A DNA stretch of 32,000 bases from Wallemia ichthyophaga EXF-994 (taxonomy: Eukaryota; Fungi; Basidiomycota). The translations under genes were made by a program, and so were the position numbers. Below are positions 1 to 13,100 of the stretch, in pieces. Location: positions 1 through 32,000 of the forward strand of contig NW_008806289.1 of NCBI RefSeq assembly GCF_000400465.1, read 5' to 3'. The notes beneath the pieces were generated by a model, which was given only the letters and a program-made list of their open reading frames with translations, searched no databases and was not told the origin of the DNA. How positions within the stretch are numbered: position 1 is the stretch's first letter; each line of letters opens with the position of its first letter.

Positions 1-168
1 GACAAGCCCAAACCTTAACATTGTACACGAAAATGCTGACAAAGGATGATAATTTCAATAGCATTTTGAATTGATATTATCGGCTTTGGGTTAAATTTTT
101 GGTATTTGTATCATCGAAGGGGTCGTGCTCCGGTATAAACAGCCTTTATCGAGGACCATCATCTCAGA

Positions 169-1517
169 ATGGAATCTTTTCAATTTAACGAAACGGACAC
201 TAATACATGGAACTCCAGCGTAATATCTAGCGACACTTCTGGAACAAATGAAAACTCAGACAACTTTCCAATTCCCTATTTCGAGCCTATTAAAAATTGG
301 GCATATCTTTGGGTACCTTTGGTTGATTTCGTCCATTTATGTGTGACCATGCCTTTCGTAGTAATCACAATCCTCCTCCAGGTACAGCATAATAGCACAG
401 ACAAGATGGGCAATTATAGACCGAGCCTTGAACAAGGAGAAAAGTTAAAGGAACATGAGGAGGAGGAAAAAGATGTAAATTGCAATTTTGCTTCTTTTCT
501 TTTATTTACGTACTACAGCACGTAATTAACTCAGTTTGCCAAGATAACGAAATAAACTCAAAGACAGAACTAAAATCTAGAAAACTAAGACCAAAGCACA
601 AAGATGAAGATCTCATCCGACGCTCCTCATACCTCGTCCGCCTCCAAATTGATGGTGGCTTATTTCAAATGTTTCGCAATGTGAGAAGGTCTCCTGAGGG
701 ACTTTCGGGTTTGTGGAAAGGTTTGTAGACCTGTGAAACGATAATCAAGCTAACATACTCAGGTACTTTTACATCGTGGCTATTGCAAGAATTAGGTGAA
801 TATGTCCAACCCCTCTTCAGTTCGGGATTATCAAGCATCTTCTTCAAATCCTTTCCTGTTGCGCCAATATCAAATATAATTACTGACGTTGCAGTCTCGC
901 CTCTTAGCTTAGTGCGTACGCGGATAATCGTCCAATCCACGTCAGTGACATCAGCTGGTGTGTCTCGACGCGCCTACAGCGGACCTGTTGATGCATTGTG
1001 CAAGATCTCGCACGACGAGGGTGGATGGCTGGCAATGTGGACACACCCCAATCTTCTCTTCCCCGCTGTATTAGAATCGGCATTACAGAACCTGCTCACT
1101 ATCTGCGGTTCACTCTTAGTGGATAGACTGCTGAGTATCACTATAGAAAGTAATCCTATAACGTATATGTCCTGTGTTATGCTATGGGATATACTCAGTA
1201 GTGCTTTAATTTTCCCTATCACAACTGTTAGACGACGTCTGCAAGTACAGGACAGAAGTTTGGATAAGGGGCATAATGCGAAACGCTTCGTTACTTGTGT
1301 TGAAACACCGTTACCGTCTGCAGGTATAGTAGAGTGCATCAATCAAATGGTGACTGAGGACTGCAGTAGCGAGAGTAGATGGTATCACATCAAAACACTT
1401 CTTAGAGGGCTGAGCATTCAATTTTATGCTATCATAACATTGCTTTTCTTTAATTGCATTGCAGGCGCCTTTATCGGACTATTTGCTCTTTTCGCAAAAA
1501 TCTTCAATTATATTTAA
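169..1517 (+). CDS. UGO1: Mitochondrial carrier-fold protein, Ugo1-like (mitochondrial fusion), divergent; 3 exons
   Basis: Joined ORFs 169/480/783 via GT-AG introns near 474-533 and 721-762. Motifs MPFVVITILLQVQ, EGLSGLWKG, PLSLVRTRIIVQ, PITTVRRRLQVQ and FVTCVETP match Ugo1-type carrier repeats. Confidence 0.7.
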
Positions 1518-1574
1518 AAAGCTATGGTCATTTATGAATATAATACAATGCGTGCATACAATGATGGAATGCTT

Positions 1575-4500
1575 CTATTCATCGTCAGAATCTATGACCC
1601 TTCTACGTTTCGACAAGCTTTTGGCCTGAGTACTGGTATCATCCTCATCCTCGTCTCCAGCAACGTCCATAACCGACTGGCTAAACAGCTCCTGCGATTG
1701 AAGATTATCGTCCACCGAATTTTGAATGACAGGTCCCTGGGACGGCTCTACCTGTTCAGCTTCTTTAGCCTTTCTTCTTTTGGCAACCAATGAAAGCGAA
1801 TCTTGAGGTACCTCTGCAGTTGCTGCAGCGTTCTTAGCATGCGCACGCAATGACTCCTCCTTCCTATAAAAATCTTGCAACGACTCCTCATCTACAATAT
1901 GTTAAATAACGTTGAGCAGCTCTAGCGCACCTACCTTCATCACTATCCTCAATAAACTTAGCTGAGAGATAAGATTGAGCTTGCTCTTGACGTACTGTGA
2001 CTTCACGCTGCTCCTCATCATCACGTCTCCTTCTGTGTGCGCGTGGGCGTTTCTTCTTGTGCTCTGACACATGAGCACCGTCAGGGAAGTCCGCGTCGGA
2101 TTTCTATAGAGAACGTTAGACGTGTTGATCAGGATTTTACCACTAACAGGTCTATTTTCATTGTCATCAGATAGACCAGTCTCCTTGACGTCTTCAGCTT
2201 CGATAGCGGCATTTTTCCTGCTATGAGACCGCATCGGGAATAGTGCCTCAACAAAGATCATAGGATTCTCAGCAGCTGATTTAAAAAACTTTCTGAGAAT
2301 AAACTCAATCAGCTTCATTAAATCTTTGTAGGGCCCTGAATGATAGTTCACAGCCGACTTGACGACTTGGTCTTGAACATTTCTAAAGATGTTAAGTGTA
2401 GACACCTTTTTTAGCCTTTTAGCGAAATCTATAAGCTAATGTCTGACTCACTTTGTAAAATAACTCTTCCCCTTGTGCTCTTACTGCCTGTCTATAAAGA
2501 AGGTTGACAACGTGCTTGAGCTGACTTGTACTGTGGAACTCCAAGTGGCGCTCAAGGTAAGTAAGGCATGTTTTAACGATATTCTCCGAGGCGAATCTGC
2601 GTTCGTATGACGAGAAGACAAATTTATGCTCAGCTGCTGAAAGTGTTTCACGGTTAGCCTCAGCATCGTCTTCAGCAGTTGTTTGCATCGTTGGCTCATT
2701 GACTGGAGTGCTTAATTAGCTGTGCCCTTTTTGAGACGACAACTTACTATCGCCATTGCGACGCTTTGATGACTTGCGCTTTCGCACAAACATGTAAGCT
2801 TTACTTTTACTAAAATTCTCCAACATGCGCAAAAATACGTAAGCCAAATGAACGATTGACTCAAGGAATCTAGACTTGTCAGACAGTTTCACCATGAAAA
2901 GTAGACTCACTGAACGCTCTGGTCCTTATACCTTCCCATCAGCATGACTATCACATCCATCACGTCTCCGCTGTAGTACAGCTTGTCTTGGAGAACCTCT
3001 GCCACTTCGACCACCGCAGGCGCTTGAGTGCAACTGATCATCTCGTCAACAAGTGAAAGCTTTAATTGAAATTAGAGAAGCTCATCACGAAGACTATTTC
3101 TTACGATTTGAATGAGACAGTTGATGGCGCAATGAAGTTCCTTCCACGATGGCGGCTAGATTGTATTAACAAGGTAGTTAAAGGAAACACCACACACCTT
3201 GTCATCTATAGTAATTGCCATACGAGCAGATACGTACCCAACGGTAGTTGGATCGATCATACATCCAACGTAACCAAAGGTATTTTCGGCCTCTACCGCA
3301 GGCAACTTGCTAGCATCCGTTGAGCGCCACTTGGTGTTGAAATACTCAAGGAAAAAGGCAGACAAAGAGAACCACCTAGCCTTATCGGTCTCCCTGACCT
3401 TAGGTCTTTCCATTCGAAAGTCTTTAAGGAGTGTAGTGAAGAAGGCTGGTTCGAGTTAGATAAAGTAATCGAAATTCTTTTATCCTTACTATCGTAAGAC
3501 GTTTTCAAGAAAAGCTCGGCTAGCTCCTTGAGATGCTTTCGTGCGCTGGCATTGAGGAGGGTTTCGCCAGAATTGTCCTGCAGCGGCGTTTAATGGGAAA
3601 CAAAAAGAAACCGTCTAACTGACTTGATCTTTGGATCTTTTAAAAACCTTCTTCTTTCCAATATCCATACTTTGTTCACCACCAGATGGGGTGATGGCGG
3701 ATTGTCTTGACTGTACGAAGCGATTGTCACCAGATAAAACACTGACAGTGGTGCCAAATCGACTATGTCTTGAAGTGTTGCTTCGATTATTGAGCCTCTT
3801 TTGCTTGTTTTCAATATCGAGCAGATTAGAGAGACCAGCGGAGGAAGCCTGGAAAGAAATTAGATTTGTTTGCTTAGTAGCACATACCCCACCTTTACTG
3901 GATCGAGCGTGAGCTCGTCTGCTCTTATACCTCTGAAGAGAAAGTGAAAAATCTCAAGAACAACAACATTGTACGCGATAAGCTCACGCTGATCTGAAGA
4001 TGACGCAAGCGTATTAAAAAGAGAGAGAATCTCGAAGGAGTGCATTTGATCGATGAGCTCCGATTGAACGCCTGGATGAGCATCAGTGTCTTTAATTGCG
4101 AGAATGTTGCGGAATGTGTGCAAAATGAGAGCGACGACCTGATCATCACGCTCAGTGCGCTCACTAGGATTTTGTTAGAAAACGTATAGACCAAAAGAAA
4201 TCAACCTTACAGTCTTGATTTTGCTAAGCGCGGAAGGAGTAGCTCGAGGAGGTGCTGTACTGTCTTGGACTTGACAATAGCCAGCTTATACGCTTGTTGA
4301 GCCTGTATAAAAGACGTGTATTCAAAGTTGATAACTTTGTGTTCCTCTTCGCGATCGACAAGCTCCTTGAATTCCTCTTCGATTGAGATTGGCCATGTCA
4401 AACACGAAATGAGGTCTGTTGCAGCGAGGGCGATACGATCACCGGAGTTGCCTCTGCTAACAGAGAGTGCTAGAATCTTAAGGAGGTCGTTGGTGAATAC

Positions 4501-4790
4501 GCCTGATTCGTGTAGAATTCTGGCGACTGTACGATTTGGATCGTCGTCGTCTTTGCGCCAGAACTTCTTCAAATCCTTCAAACAGCCTGATGAGAGGGTA
4601 AGGGTGAATACGCTGCCCAGCCTAATCGCCCACCCAAGCATTCATCACCCAGTTTGTACTCTTGGGATATGGAGCCATCTTGGAGTTTGATAGCCTCGAC
4701 GCCGCCAACTGCAGATATTCTCGATATAATAGGATCTCTGTAGAGCTCCCTGAGATCAATTTCACCTGCCTCGCTTTCTGAATCTGACAT
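1575..4790 (-). CDS. TOF1: Timeless/Tof1/Swi1 replication fork protection protein; about 13 exons, about 890 aa
   Basis: Exons reconstructed with about 12 short GT-AG introns. N-terminal YKLGDECLGCLKDLKKFWRKDD, DLISCLTWPI, LHTFRNILAIKD and SRHSRFGTT, and C-terminal YLSAKFIEDSD...RRRVIDSDDE. Confidence 0.92.
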
Positions 4791-4802
4791 TTCGACGTGA
4801 TG

Positions 4803-4818
4803 GCGCGTATCGACGCGT
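4803..4818. promoter_or_regulatory. MCB-like elements (GCGCGT 4803-4808; perfect ACGCGT 4813-4818) in the 49-nt TOF1/F-box divergent spacer
   Basis: Motifs read directly. ACGCGT is the fungal MBF (MluI cell-cycle box) site, and yeast TOF1 is a G1/S gene. Confidence 0.5.
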
Positions 4819-4839
4819 GCATTTCAATGACGAACTTCG

Positions 4840-5637
4840 ATGAGCACTGGAATTGATTTTAAAGATCCCTTGGGAGTTTTGCCGTTTGAGCTTTGGGAGG
4901 TGATTGTTGTCTATTCAAGCTCGGTAGATTACGCGTCGGCTCAGAAACTATCGCTGCTTAGCAGGAATTGGAGGCTGATGCTGCTCGAAATGCATCAGCC
5001 CTGGGATAGTGTCGTAGTCAACAGAATACACAAGCCTAGCTCACCCTCTCAATCATTTCTCGATTGGCTCACTTTGATACATTCTAGGGCCAAGACTGGC
5101 ATCAAACGCGTTGAATGGATTACAAACGACTCCGAAGAGAGCATGACAGGATATTTAGATGTCATACATGGTGGAAGTGGCTCATTGTACTCCATCTCAC
5201 TCAAAGGTTACGACAGTGCGATGAAGAGTCGCGGCTTCAAGTTCAGACCACCACCAACTACAAGCCTTGATGTGTTTGTTGAAACACCCAGCAAATCGGA
5301 CTACTTTGACCCGGATGAGGTTATTTTACGCCACACAACAGGTCTTCAAAATTTGCATCTTGTCAACACATTCCCAAATTTACTGCCAATATCTTGCAGT
5401 CTCAAAACCCTTTCTATGCACTTTACAAAGACATTTTTGGATATCGGAGCAGTGCAAAACTTTATTGCAGACCATAAAGAGCTTGAATATCTTAGTATCA
5501 AAAACCTCAAGCAAGACATTCCTGCGAATAGGCTTATATCTCTACCAAGACTGAAGTATCTAGAGCTTATCAATGCAGGAACACTCAAGGATGCTATCAT
5601 TGCAACAGAAACACAAGTAGTCAAAATAGAAGACTAA
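4840..5637 (+). CDS. F-box domain protein with LRR-like C-terminal region (265 aa, no intron evident)
   Basis: N-terminal DPLGVLPFELWEVIV...LSLLSRNWR is F-box-like. C-terminal LxxLxL repeats (LQNLHLVN, LKTLSM, LEYLSIK, LPRLKYLEL). Confidence 0.65.
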   Translation: MSTGIDFKDPLGVLPFELWEVIVVYSSSVDYASAQKLSLLSRNWRLMLLEMHQPWDSVVVNRIHKPSSPSQSFLDWLTLIHSRAKTGIKRVEWITNDSEESMTGYLDVIHGGSGSLYSISLKGYDSAMKSRGFKFRPPPTTSLDVFVETPSKSDYFDPDEVILRHTTGLQNLHLVNTFPNLLPISCSLKTLSMHFTKTFLDIGAVQNFIADHKELEYLSIKNLKQDIPANRLISLPRLKYLELINAGTLKDAIIATETQVVKIED

Positions 5638-5689
5638 TCGAATACCCACCACTCAATATACCTCAGATATATGCATTAATAAATTACAA

Positions 5690-6883
5690 TTAAAGTGATT
5701 TCACCTCGGCTCTCTTCTTTTCTTCAATGACCTTCTTGTCTAGTACTTCTTTACGCTTCACGCCTGCTTCGACAGATATACCGGCAAAGACAGTAGCTGC
5801 GCCTGCCCATTGACCTGGTGCAAGCTCGTGTCCATAAATAAAAACACTCAAAAGCATCGTAAACAGCTTTCTTGTGAGAGTGATGGTGACTAATGCTAAT
5901 GATCCAAAGTGCTGCAGTGTCTCGAATATAAAGAGCTGTCCGAGAGCACCGCATCCGGCGTATAATGCAATGTCGGTGAGTACTTCCGGGTGACTTTTAA
6001 CAAATTCAATAGCCGAGTAGATTTCTGGTGCAGTGATCTCTGATTTTCCGAGGAGGGGTATAGCGGGTATACCAACTATCATAGCAGTTGAAGTAACAGT
6101 GCTGGAAGCGAGATTCATCCAGAACATCATTTGAGTTCCATTGATGGAGTGATGGTGGAATATAGCGTCTTGACTGCTATTGACCAGCCCATCAATGATG
6201 AGATTTGCGAGTAAGAGGGTTAGACCAAACGAGCTGTCTGTTTGTGAGGAAGCTTTGCTCGACCTTTTAAGAAGGGTAAACATGCTAATACCGGTGGTGA
6301 CAAGCAACACCACCGCGTATTTGTAAGGAGCGAATTTTTTCCTGTAAATCAACACATTCATCAGCATGACCTGGGTGAGTTAGTGGGGGTGATATACACG
6401 TCCTCGAACGCACAGGAACCAGTTTACAGGATTTAGCGAGCACCATTGTTGGATAGCTGATGTGCTTGAGGGAACTGAAACCGAGAACTTGGGCAACAGC
6501 CTGGAGAACCGCAACACGGGCGATACCAGTAAGTAGATTACCAGTATTGCTTCCTGAGAGCGCCAAAAGGTCTTTCAAAGGCTGTTGAGAGGGTTTACGC
6601 AGATTGAGGTATAAGAATGCAGCGACAGCAGAAGCGAGGGACTGAGCTGTATTAAGGAAAAGAGAGGATCTGAAGAATACATTTCCGCCGGTGCTCGAAG
6701 TGTATTCTGTTGTTGTAACTGCTCGCTATTAGACACGCAACGCTGCCAGCACAATACTCACGCTTCTCCTGCACCAGAGCCCAGAGGAGGAAGCAGGCGT
6801 ATACACCGGATACGCAGATTCTAATAAAGTGAGAATTTTGTAATTATTTTGCCAACTACCCACGCTAATCGAACGAGCGTCAT
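5690..6883 (-). CDS. HUT1: UDP-galactose/UAA-family nucleotide-sugar transporter; 4 exons
   Basis: Spliced start MTLVRLA|ICVSGVYACFLLWALVQEK, then HISYPTMVLAKSCKLVPV, NLIIDGLVNSSQD and GQLFIFETLQHFGSLALVTITLTRK. Confidence 0.9.
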
Positions 6884-6939
6884 GGATGTTCACCAACAAG
6901 ACCTTCGACTGACATCATATTCCTCTTTCCACAACGCCC

Positions 6940-9900
6940 ATGAGCAAATCGTTCGGAGATAAGGACAGCACCAGGAACGTGCGTAATCTGTGCATCGCCG
7001 GCCACGTCGATCATGGAAAGGTACTTGATTTTATGCCGTTTATGGCCATCTCTTATCAATCTACAGACAGCGTACGCAGATAGCCTGCTTGCAGCGAACA
7101 ACATCATTTCCTCCAGAATGGCTGGCAAGCTGCGGTTTCTCGATAGCAGAGAAGACGAGCAGCAGCGCGGTATCACTATGGAATCATCTGCAGTCAGCTT
7201 GGGTTTTAAGCTCCTCCGCCAAGGTGAAGACGGTCACGCAAAGGCTGAAGATTACATGATCAACATGATCGACACTCCCGGTCACGTCGATTTCTCTTCC
7301 GAGGTTTCCACAGCCGCGAGATTGTGCGACGGTGTTCTCATCATGGTCGATGTCGTCGAGGGCGTCTGCACCCAGACAATCTCCGTCTTGCAGCAGGCGT
7401 ATGCAGATAAATTACGCCCTATTCTCGTCATCAACAAAATGGATCGTATCATCACTGAGCTCAAGCTGGCGCCTTCCGAGGCTTATCACCACCTCGTTCA
7501 ACTCATCGAAGGCGTAAATGCCGTCATTGGCTCTTTCTTTGCTTCCGATAAGCTCGCTGATGACTACAGGTGGCGCGAAATGTCTGACCAGCAAAGAGAC
7601 GCGTTCGAGGAGCGCGACGATGAAGACCTCTACTTCTCTCCAGAGAAAGGTAATGTGCTCTTTGCCTCGGCAGCTGATGGTTGGGCTTTCAGGGTCTCAA
7701 AATTTGCGCAAATTTATGCTAGCAAATTAGGTTGCAACGAGGACGTCCTCAAGAAGTGCCTCTGGGGCGATTTCTACTTTGATCCAAAAACTAAGCGTAT
7801 TATTGGCAAAAAGTCAGCTGGTACACGCCCATTAAAGCCACTGTTTGTCCAGTTTGTTTTGGATAACATTTGGGCTGCTTACGACGCCATCCACCTGAAT
7901 CACGACATGGATAAGGTTAACAAAATAGTCAATGCCTTGAGCATACGTGTTCATCCACGTGAGCTCAAGACGAGAGATACAAAGACATTACTGTTTGCTG
8001 TTTTCACTGCTTGGTTACCACTTGCATCTGCCACCTTCTCCGCGGTTGTAGATGTTATTGCACCTCCTTCACAAGCTCAGTCGCTGCGTCTTCCCAAGAT
8101 GCTTCGCCCACTTGAACCTCGCCCTTCACCAGTGCCTCAAAATGATGTTGAAAAGTCAATCTTTACAAGTGCTTCTGAGAATGCCCCTGTAATCTCCTAC
8201 GTCAGTAAAATGTTTGCTATCCCAGCTAGCGATCTTCCTGAAAACAGACGCAGAGGTCTTACTGCTGAAGAGATGCGTGAACGCGGTAGAGAGTCTAGAG
8301 AGAAGGCTGCAGCTGTTACAGCTGCTTTGGGTGCAACGGGTATGGCAGGTGCTGAAGAAGTTTCACTCGACGAAGCTGCCCAGCGTCAGGAAGAAAAAGC
8401 AGCACAGGATGCTGAAAGACAGGTAGAAGAAGAAGAAGTTATTGAAGAGGCTATGATAGGCTTTGCTCGTATTTATAGTGGAACAATGCGAGTCAGCAAC
8501 ACCCTCACCTGTCTTCTACCCAAGTACAACCCAGATTTACCTCCATCAGACCCTCACAACACAAAAAACAAGCAAGAAGTTCAAATAAAGAGCCTTTACA
8601 TGATGATGGGTAGGGATCTTGTTCCAGTTTCAGAAGTTCCTGCAGGAAACGTATTTGCGATTGGTGGATTGGATGGCGTTGTCTTGCGTAATGCCACATT
8701 AATCTCCCCTGACAACGAAGACTGCTTTATTAACCTTGCAAGTGTCGTAAATCAAAATGCTCCGATTGTCAGAGTAGCGCTCGAACCAGCATCTGCTTCA
8801 GATATGGGTAAGCTTGTTAACGGAATGAAGCTCCTCAATCAATCCGACCCATGTGTTGAGGTATTGCAACAGGAGACTGGTGAGCATGTTATTTTAACCG
8901 CCGGCGAATTGCACTTGGAGCGATGCTTGAAAGATCTTCGCGAGAGGTTTGCAAAATGTGAGATAACATCTTCAAAACCAATTGTACCATTCAGGGAGAC
9001 AGCTGTGAAGGGTCAAGAGATGCCACCTCCAAAAACAAAAGATGCAGCTAGAGGTACAATCCATGGCACTTCACAAAACAACGCCGTTTCATTTACATTG
9101 CGATCAGCACCACTGCCAAAGACTATAACAGGTTTTCTCGCCGCTAATCAAATATCAATCCAAAAGATGTTGGGAGTGTCTCTCGACAGGAAACAAGACG
9201 ACGATGAGATTGCAATTGAAGATAACACATCAAGTCTTGAAGCTCAAGATGCGTACAAACCGGCTAGTGTTTTGTGGGAGGAACTTGAGAAGCTATTTGG
9301 TGACTGTGGATACGATTGGAAGAATGTAGTTAGCAACATCGTTGCGTTCGGACCAAAGCGTGTCGGTGCCAATATTCTCGTCGACAGGTGTACAAACAGA
9401 AGTCTTCGAAACAAGACGCAAGTAAATGACAGGTGGCAGAAGATGATTGATGAGGGTCTTGAGAATGGTTTTCAAATTGCAACCAACCAAGGACCTTTAT
9501 GCGCTGAGCCTATGTTTGGAATGGCCTACTTTATAGAGAAAGTCAGCATAGATGACAGAGAGGCACTAGAAGGTAAGTTTAATCTCATTGTACAACCTCG
9601 CTAATAAAAGAAACAGCCAACACATCGCAGATAACAGGATCACTCCTTTCAGCGTCAAGAGACGCAGTCCGCAACAGCATGCTTGACTGGTCACCTAGAC
9701 TCATGCTAGCTGAGTACTCGTGTGACATCCAAGCGTCGACAGAAGTACTAGGAAAAGTGTATGGAGTTGTTTCGAGAAGGCGAGGAAGGATAGTAGCAGA
9801 AGAGATGAAGGAGGGCACTACTTTCTTCACTGTGAAATCACTAATGCCAGTCGTTGAGTCGTTCGGTTTCGCTGATGAGATAAGGAAGCGTACATCAGGT

Positions 9901-10119
9901 GCTGCATCCCCGCAGCTAATTTTTGCTGGGTTTGAGGTGTTTGACATAGACCCATTTTGGGTGCCTTCTACGGAGGAAGAGTTGGAGGATCTGGGTACAC
10001 TCGCTGAACGTGAAAATGTTGCAAAGAAGTATGTCGATGGAGTGCGTGAACGCAAGGGAATGTTTGTTGAGCGCAAGATTGTCGCTGAGGCTGAGAAGCA
10101 GCGTACATTGAAAAAATAA
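6940..10119 (+). CDS. RIA1: Elongation factor-like GTPase 1 (60S maturation); introns 7021-7066 and 9573-9616
   Basis: G1 AGHVDHGKT, DSREDEQQRGITMESS, DTPGHVDFSSEV, NKMD and GELHLERCLKDL. EF2-like domain V ends in ERKIVAEAEKQRTLKK. Confidence 0.95.
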
Positions 10120-10180
10120 AGTAATTTAAGTAAATGCATTTATAGAGACTTTCGTCACATGTGTTATCCTAACAGTCAAG

Positions 10181-13100
10181 ATGGCCTTCGAAGACGCGCC
10201 AAGCGTAAACGCAGATATTTTCGAGAATCAATACCTGGATGAAGAGGATAGCGAGGAATCAACCAGCGAATCAGAAAGCGACGTCGATGGCGATCCTGGC
10301 TTGAGAATAGAATCAGATTCATCAGGATCAGAGTACAATCAAGAAGGCGCCGAAAATAGTGAAAGCGAAGAGGAAGAAAACACATCAAAGCAACCTTCAT
10401 CAATAAATGTCGCTGACGCCGCTGATGAGCCAGAAGGAGAGGATTTCGAGTGCGTCACTTTCTAAGAGCGGTAATCGCATTTAACACGACACAGTAAGCT
10501 CGTAAATGCTCTTAAATATACCGAGAATGTTTCCACTGGTAGCTCTGCAACTCAACAGTGGGAAAAGTCTATCGAGGAAGAGATGATGGACTTTTCAGAT
10601 ATCCGCGATGAGCTTAGAGGCGCGTCTGGTGTTGGAAGGCGCAGAAAAAAACTTAGAGACCGCAGTCAAGTTCTACCACCTGAAATTCGCGATCTGATCG
10701 GTCAGGCTAACATGCATTATGTCTTGGAAGAGTTCCCAGACGCTTTAAAGAAAATCGAACAAGTCCTTGTGGAGTGCCCGGAAGCCAAATCAGCCTGGGT
10801 TCTAGCTGCATCTATCAAATCAGATATGAAAGATGACGACAGCGCGCTACGTTTGAGGGTCATCGCTGCGTTGATTCCACCATGCGATGGTGAGGTCTGG
10901 AAGGAGCTGGCAGCAGATTCTAGAGCACAAGGTGCAATTCAACAAGCTGTTTACTGCCTAACACAGGCTGTAAGGCACAATAAATATGACTTTGACGCAA
11001 TTTGGGATAGATCTGTTCTCTACAGGCAGCTTGGAATTTATCACCAAGCAAGCAATGGCTTTAAGAATATTCTCAAATTCTTCACCTTTGATCCAAATGT
11101 TCTGATGGAATTGGCTCCGATGTTGTTGGAACTTGGTAATTACAAGGAGACTAATAAGTTGCTATCCGGAGCTTGGAAATATTATCAAGATAACTTCCCC
11201 GACCCTGAGCCAGGAGAGACAGGCTTGAATATCAATCACTTCAAGTACTTAGTATCCGCCAAGCTCATGTTGAAAGAATACGACGAGGCTATCGACGTTA
11301 TCAAGCACTCGACAAGGTGGCTTCAAGGTCGCTCGCAAGATAGCTTCTGGGATCTTCTTTCCGATGACAGGGAGTACGATGAGCAGAGGTTTGAACGCAC
11401 TGGTGATCATCGTATTGAATTTGGAATGGGCGTTTTCGAGCTCGACAGCGATATGCGTGTTTCTCTCGGTCAAGCTAGATTAGAGAAAGGACAAAAAGAA
11501 GAAGCAAAGGTGGGAAATATTAGCATTTGTGGGAGTAATCTGAAGTCATACTCTAGCATCATTTTGATTATATACTCAAACTTGATTTGGAGTCCAATGT
11601 TGCACTATACGGTGAAATTGGGAATTCATACATTAAGCACGAAATGTATGCAGATGCACTGGAGATTTTTAAGATAATGGAAGATAATGAGAGTGTAGGA
11701 AGCACGTATATTCGAATGCACTCTTATACTGACATTCCTCGTAGACATGTAGTGCACCTGTATACAGAAATTTGGCAATATGTCATAAAGCACTGGACAA
11801 TCTTGACTTGGCTGAGCAGATCTTTGAACATGGTAAGCATAGCAAGCACGGATTATTAAGAGTATATCCATCTAATCCACTCTCCAGTCTGTACACTCGA
11901 ACCAGATAATATGGATGTCACGATGCAGCTTGCAGAAACTTATGAAGCATTGGGGAAGAGAGAAAAGGCTCTAGCAACCATTTCGAAAGTTTTATACAGA
12001 AGCAAAGAGAAGTCCAAGTCAAGCACCTCTCGAAGAAGTCAAGCTGCTGAAGAAATGGGTACACCAAACAACAAAGCATCCCTTTTGATGGAAAATTATT
12101 TTAAACGGACGCCAACGTTAAAGAAGCTTGACGGAGAAGACCGTAGGACGATGAAAGAGATGGCAGTGAGAGTAGAGGAAGAGCGTGAGAAGGAGATGAG
12201 AAATAATTGGGACAAAATGGATGAGCTCAACGAAAAGTTTGACCTACACAATCGCGATATTGTTGAGAGTTGGCTTGATGCAGCCAGAGAGGTTTTGGAT
12301 GCGTACAGACAGACTATGCAGCTATTCCCTAAGAACAAGTCACAAAAATTCAGAGGTGTGATTGCTCCAGAGAAGATATCAGGAAGTGGTCGTAAACCAA
12401 AGGAGGTGAATGCTCAAAGACAGCTTGATGAGCATGCACGAGCGTTTGCGACAAGACTAGAGAGGGCGCTTGTAGATCAACAACACGTCCCAACTGTTCA
12501 GGAAAATGACGTTCAGCATTTCCGTCATATACACTTTGACGATTGGGTAAATCTAACGCTCAAGTTTGCTTTGATTAGCACGAAATACTCCAACTACAAA
12601 GAGGCGAGTGAGGTACTCAAGCATATGAGTGCATCAAATGCGCTTCAAGTGGCTGAACGCCAAAACGCGCTCAAGTTTTGCAGGTTGGCTTGTGCGTCGA
12701 TGGCTAATGATGTGGAGACGGTAATAGACGTGTCAAGACAAATAATTTTCGATGAGCAGTTTACAATGGAGGGTCTCAGAATACTGAGTTGCTATCTCGG
12801 CAGAAATGCTCATGGTTTGAATGGATTTACCGATGTGAATTTACAGAAGTTCTTACTCAGAGAGGTGAAAATGTATGATGTTATGGCAACGGGTACAGGC
12901 TTCAAAATTAGCAACAAGAAACACAGGCTAGCCAATGCAACTGAACCTGGTGACGTTGATGCTGAGGCGAATGAAGCTCGTCAGCGCCGCCAAGAGTGGG
13001 ATTTACCGTTACCAACAGAACAGAATCCTTACTATTTAGCATTCTATGGACAGGTTATGTTAGCTGCAAAGTCGGCGCAGACAAGTATTTACTATCTTCT

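Noticed and set aside
1-168. AT-rich leading segment
   Set aside because: No supported ORF or motif; probably promoter/UTR or the edge of a neighbouring gene.
7013-7066. ORF-track start MERYLILCRLWPS for RIA1
   Set aside because: It reads through intron 7021-7066. The real exon 1 (6940-7020) supplies the G1 motif GHVDHGK.
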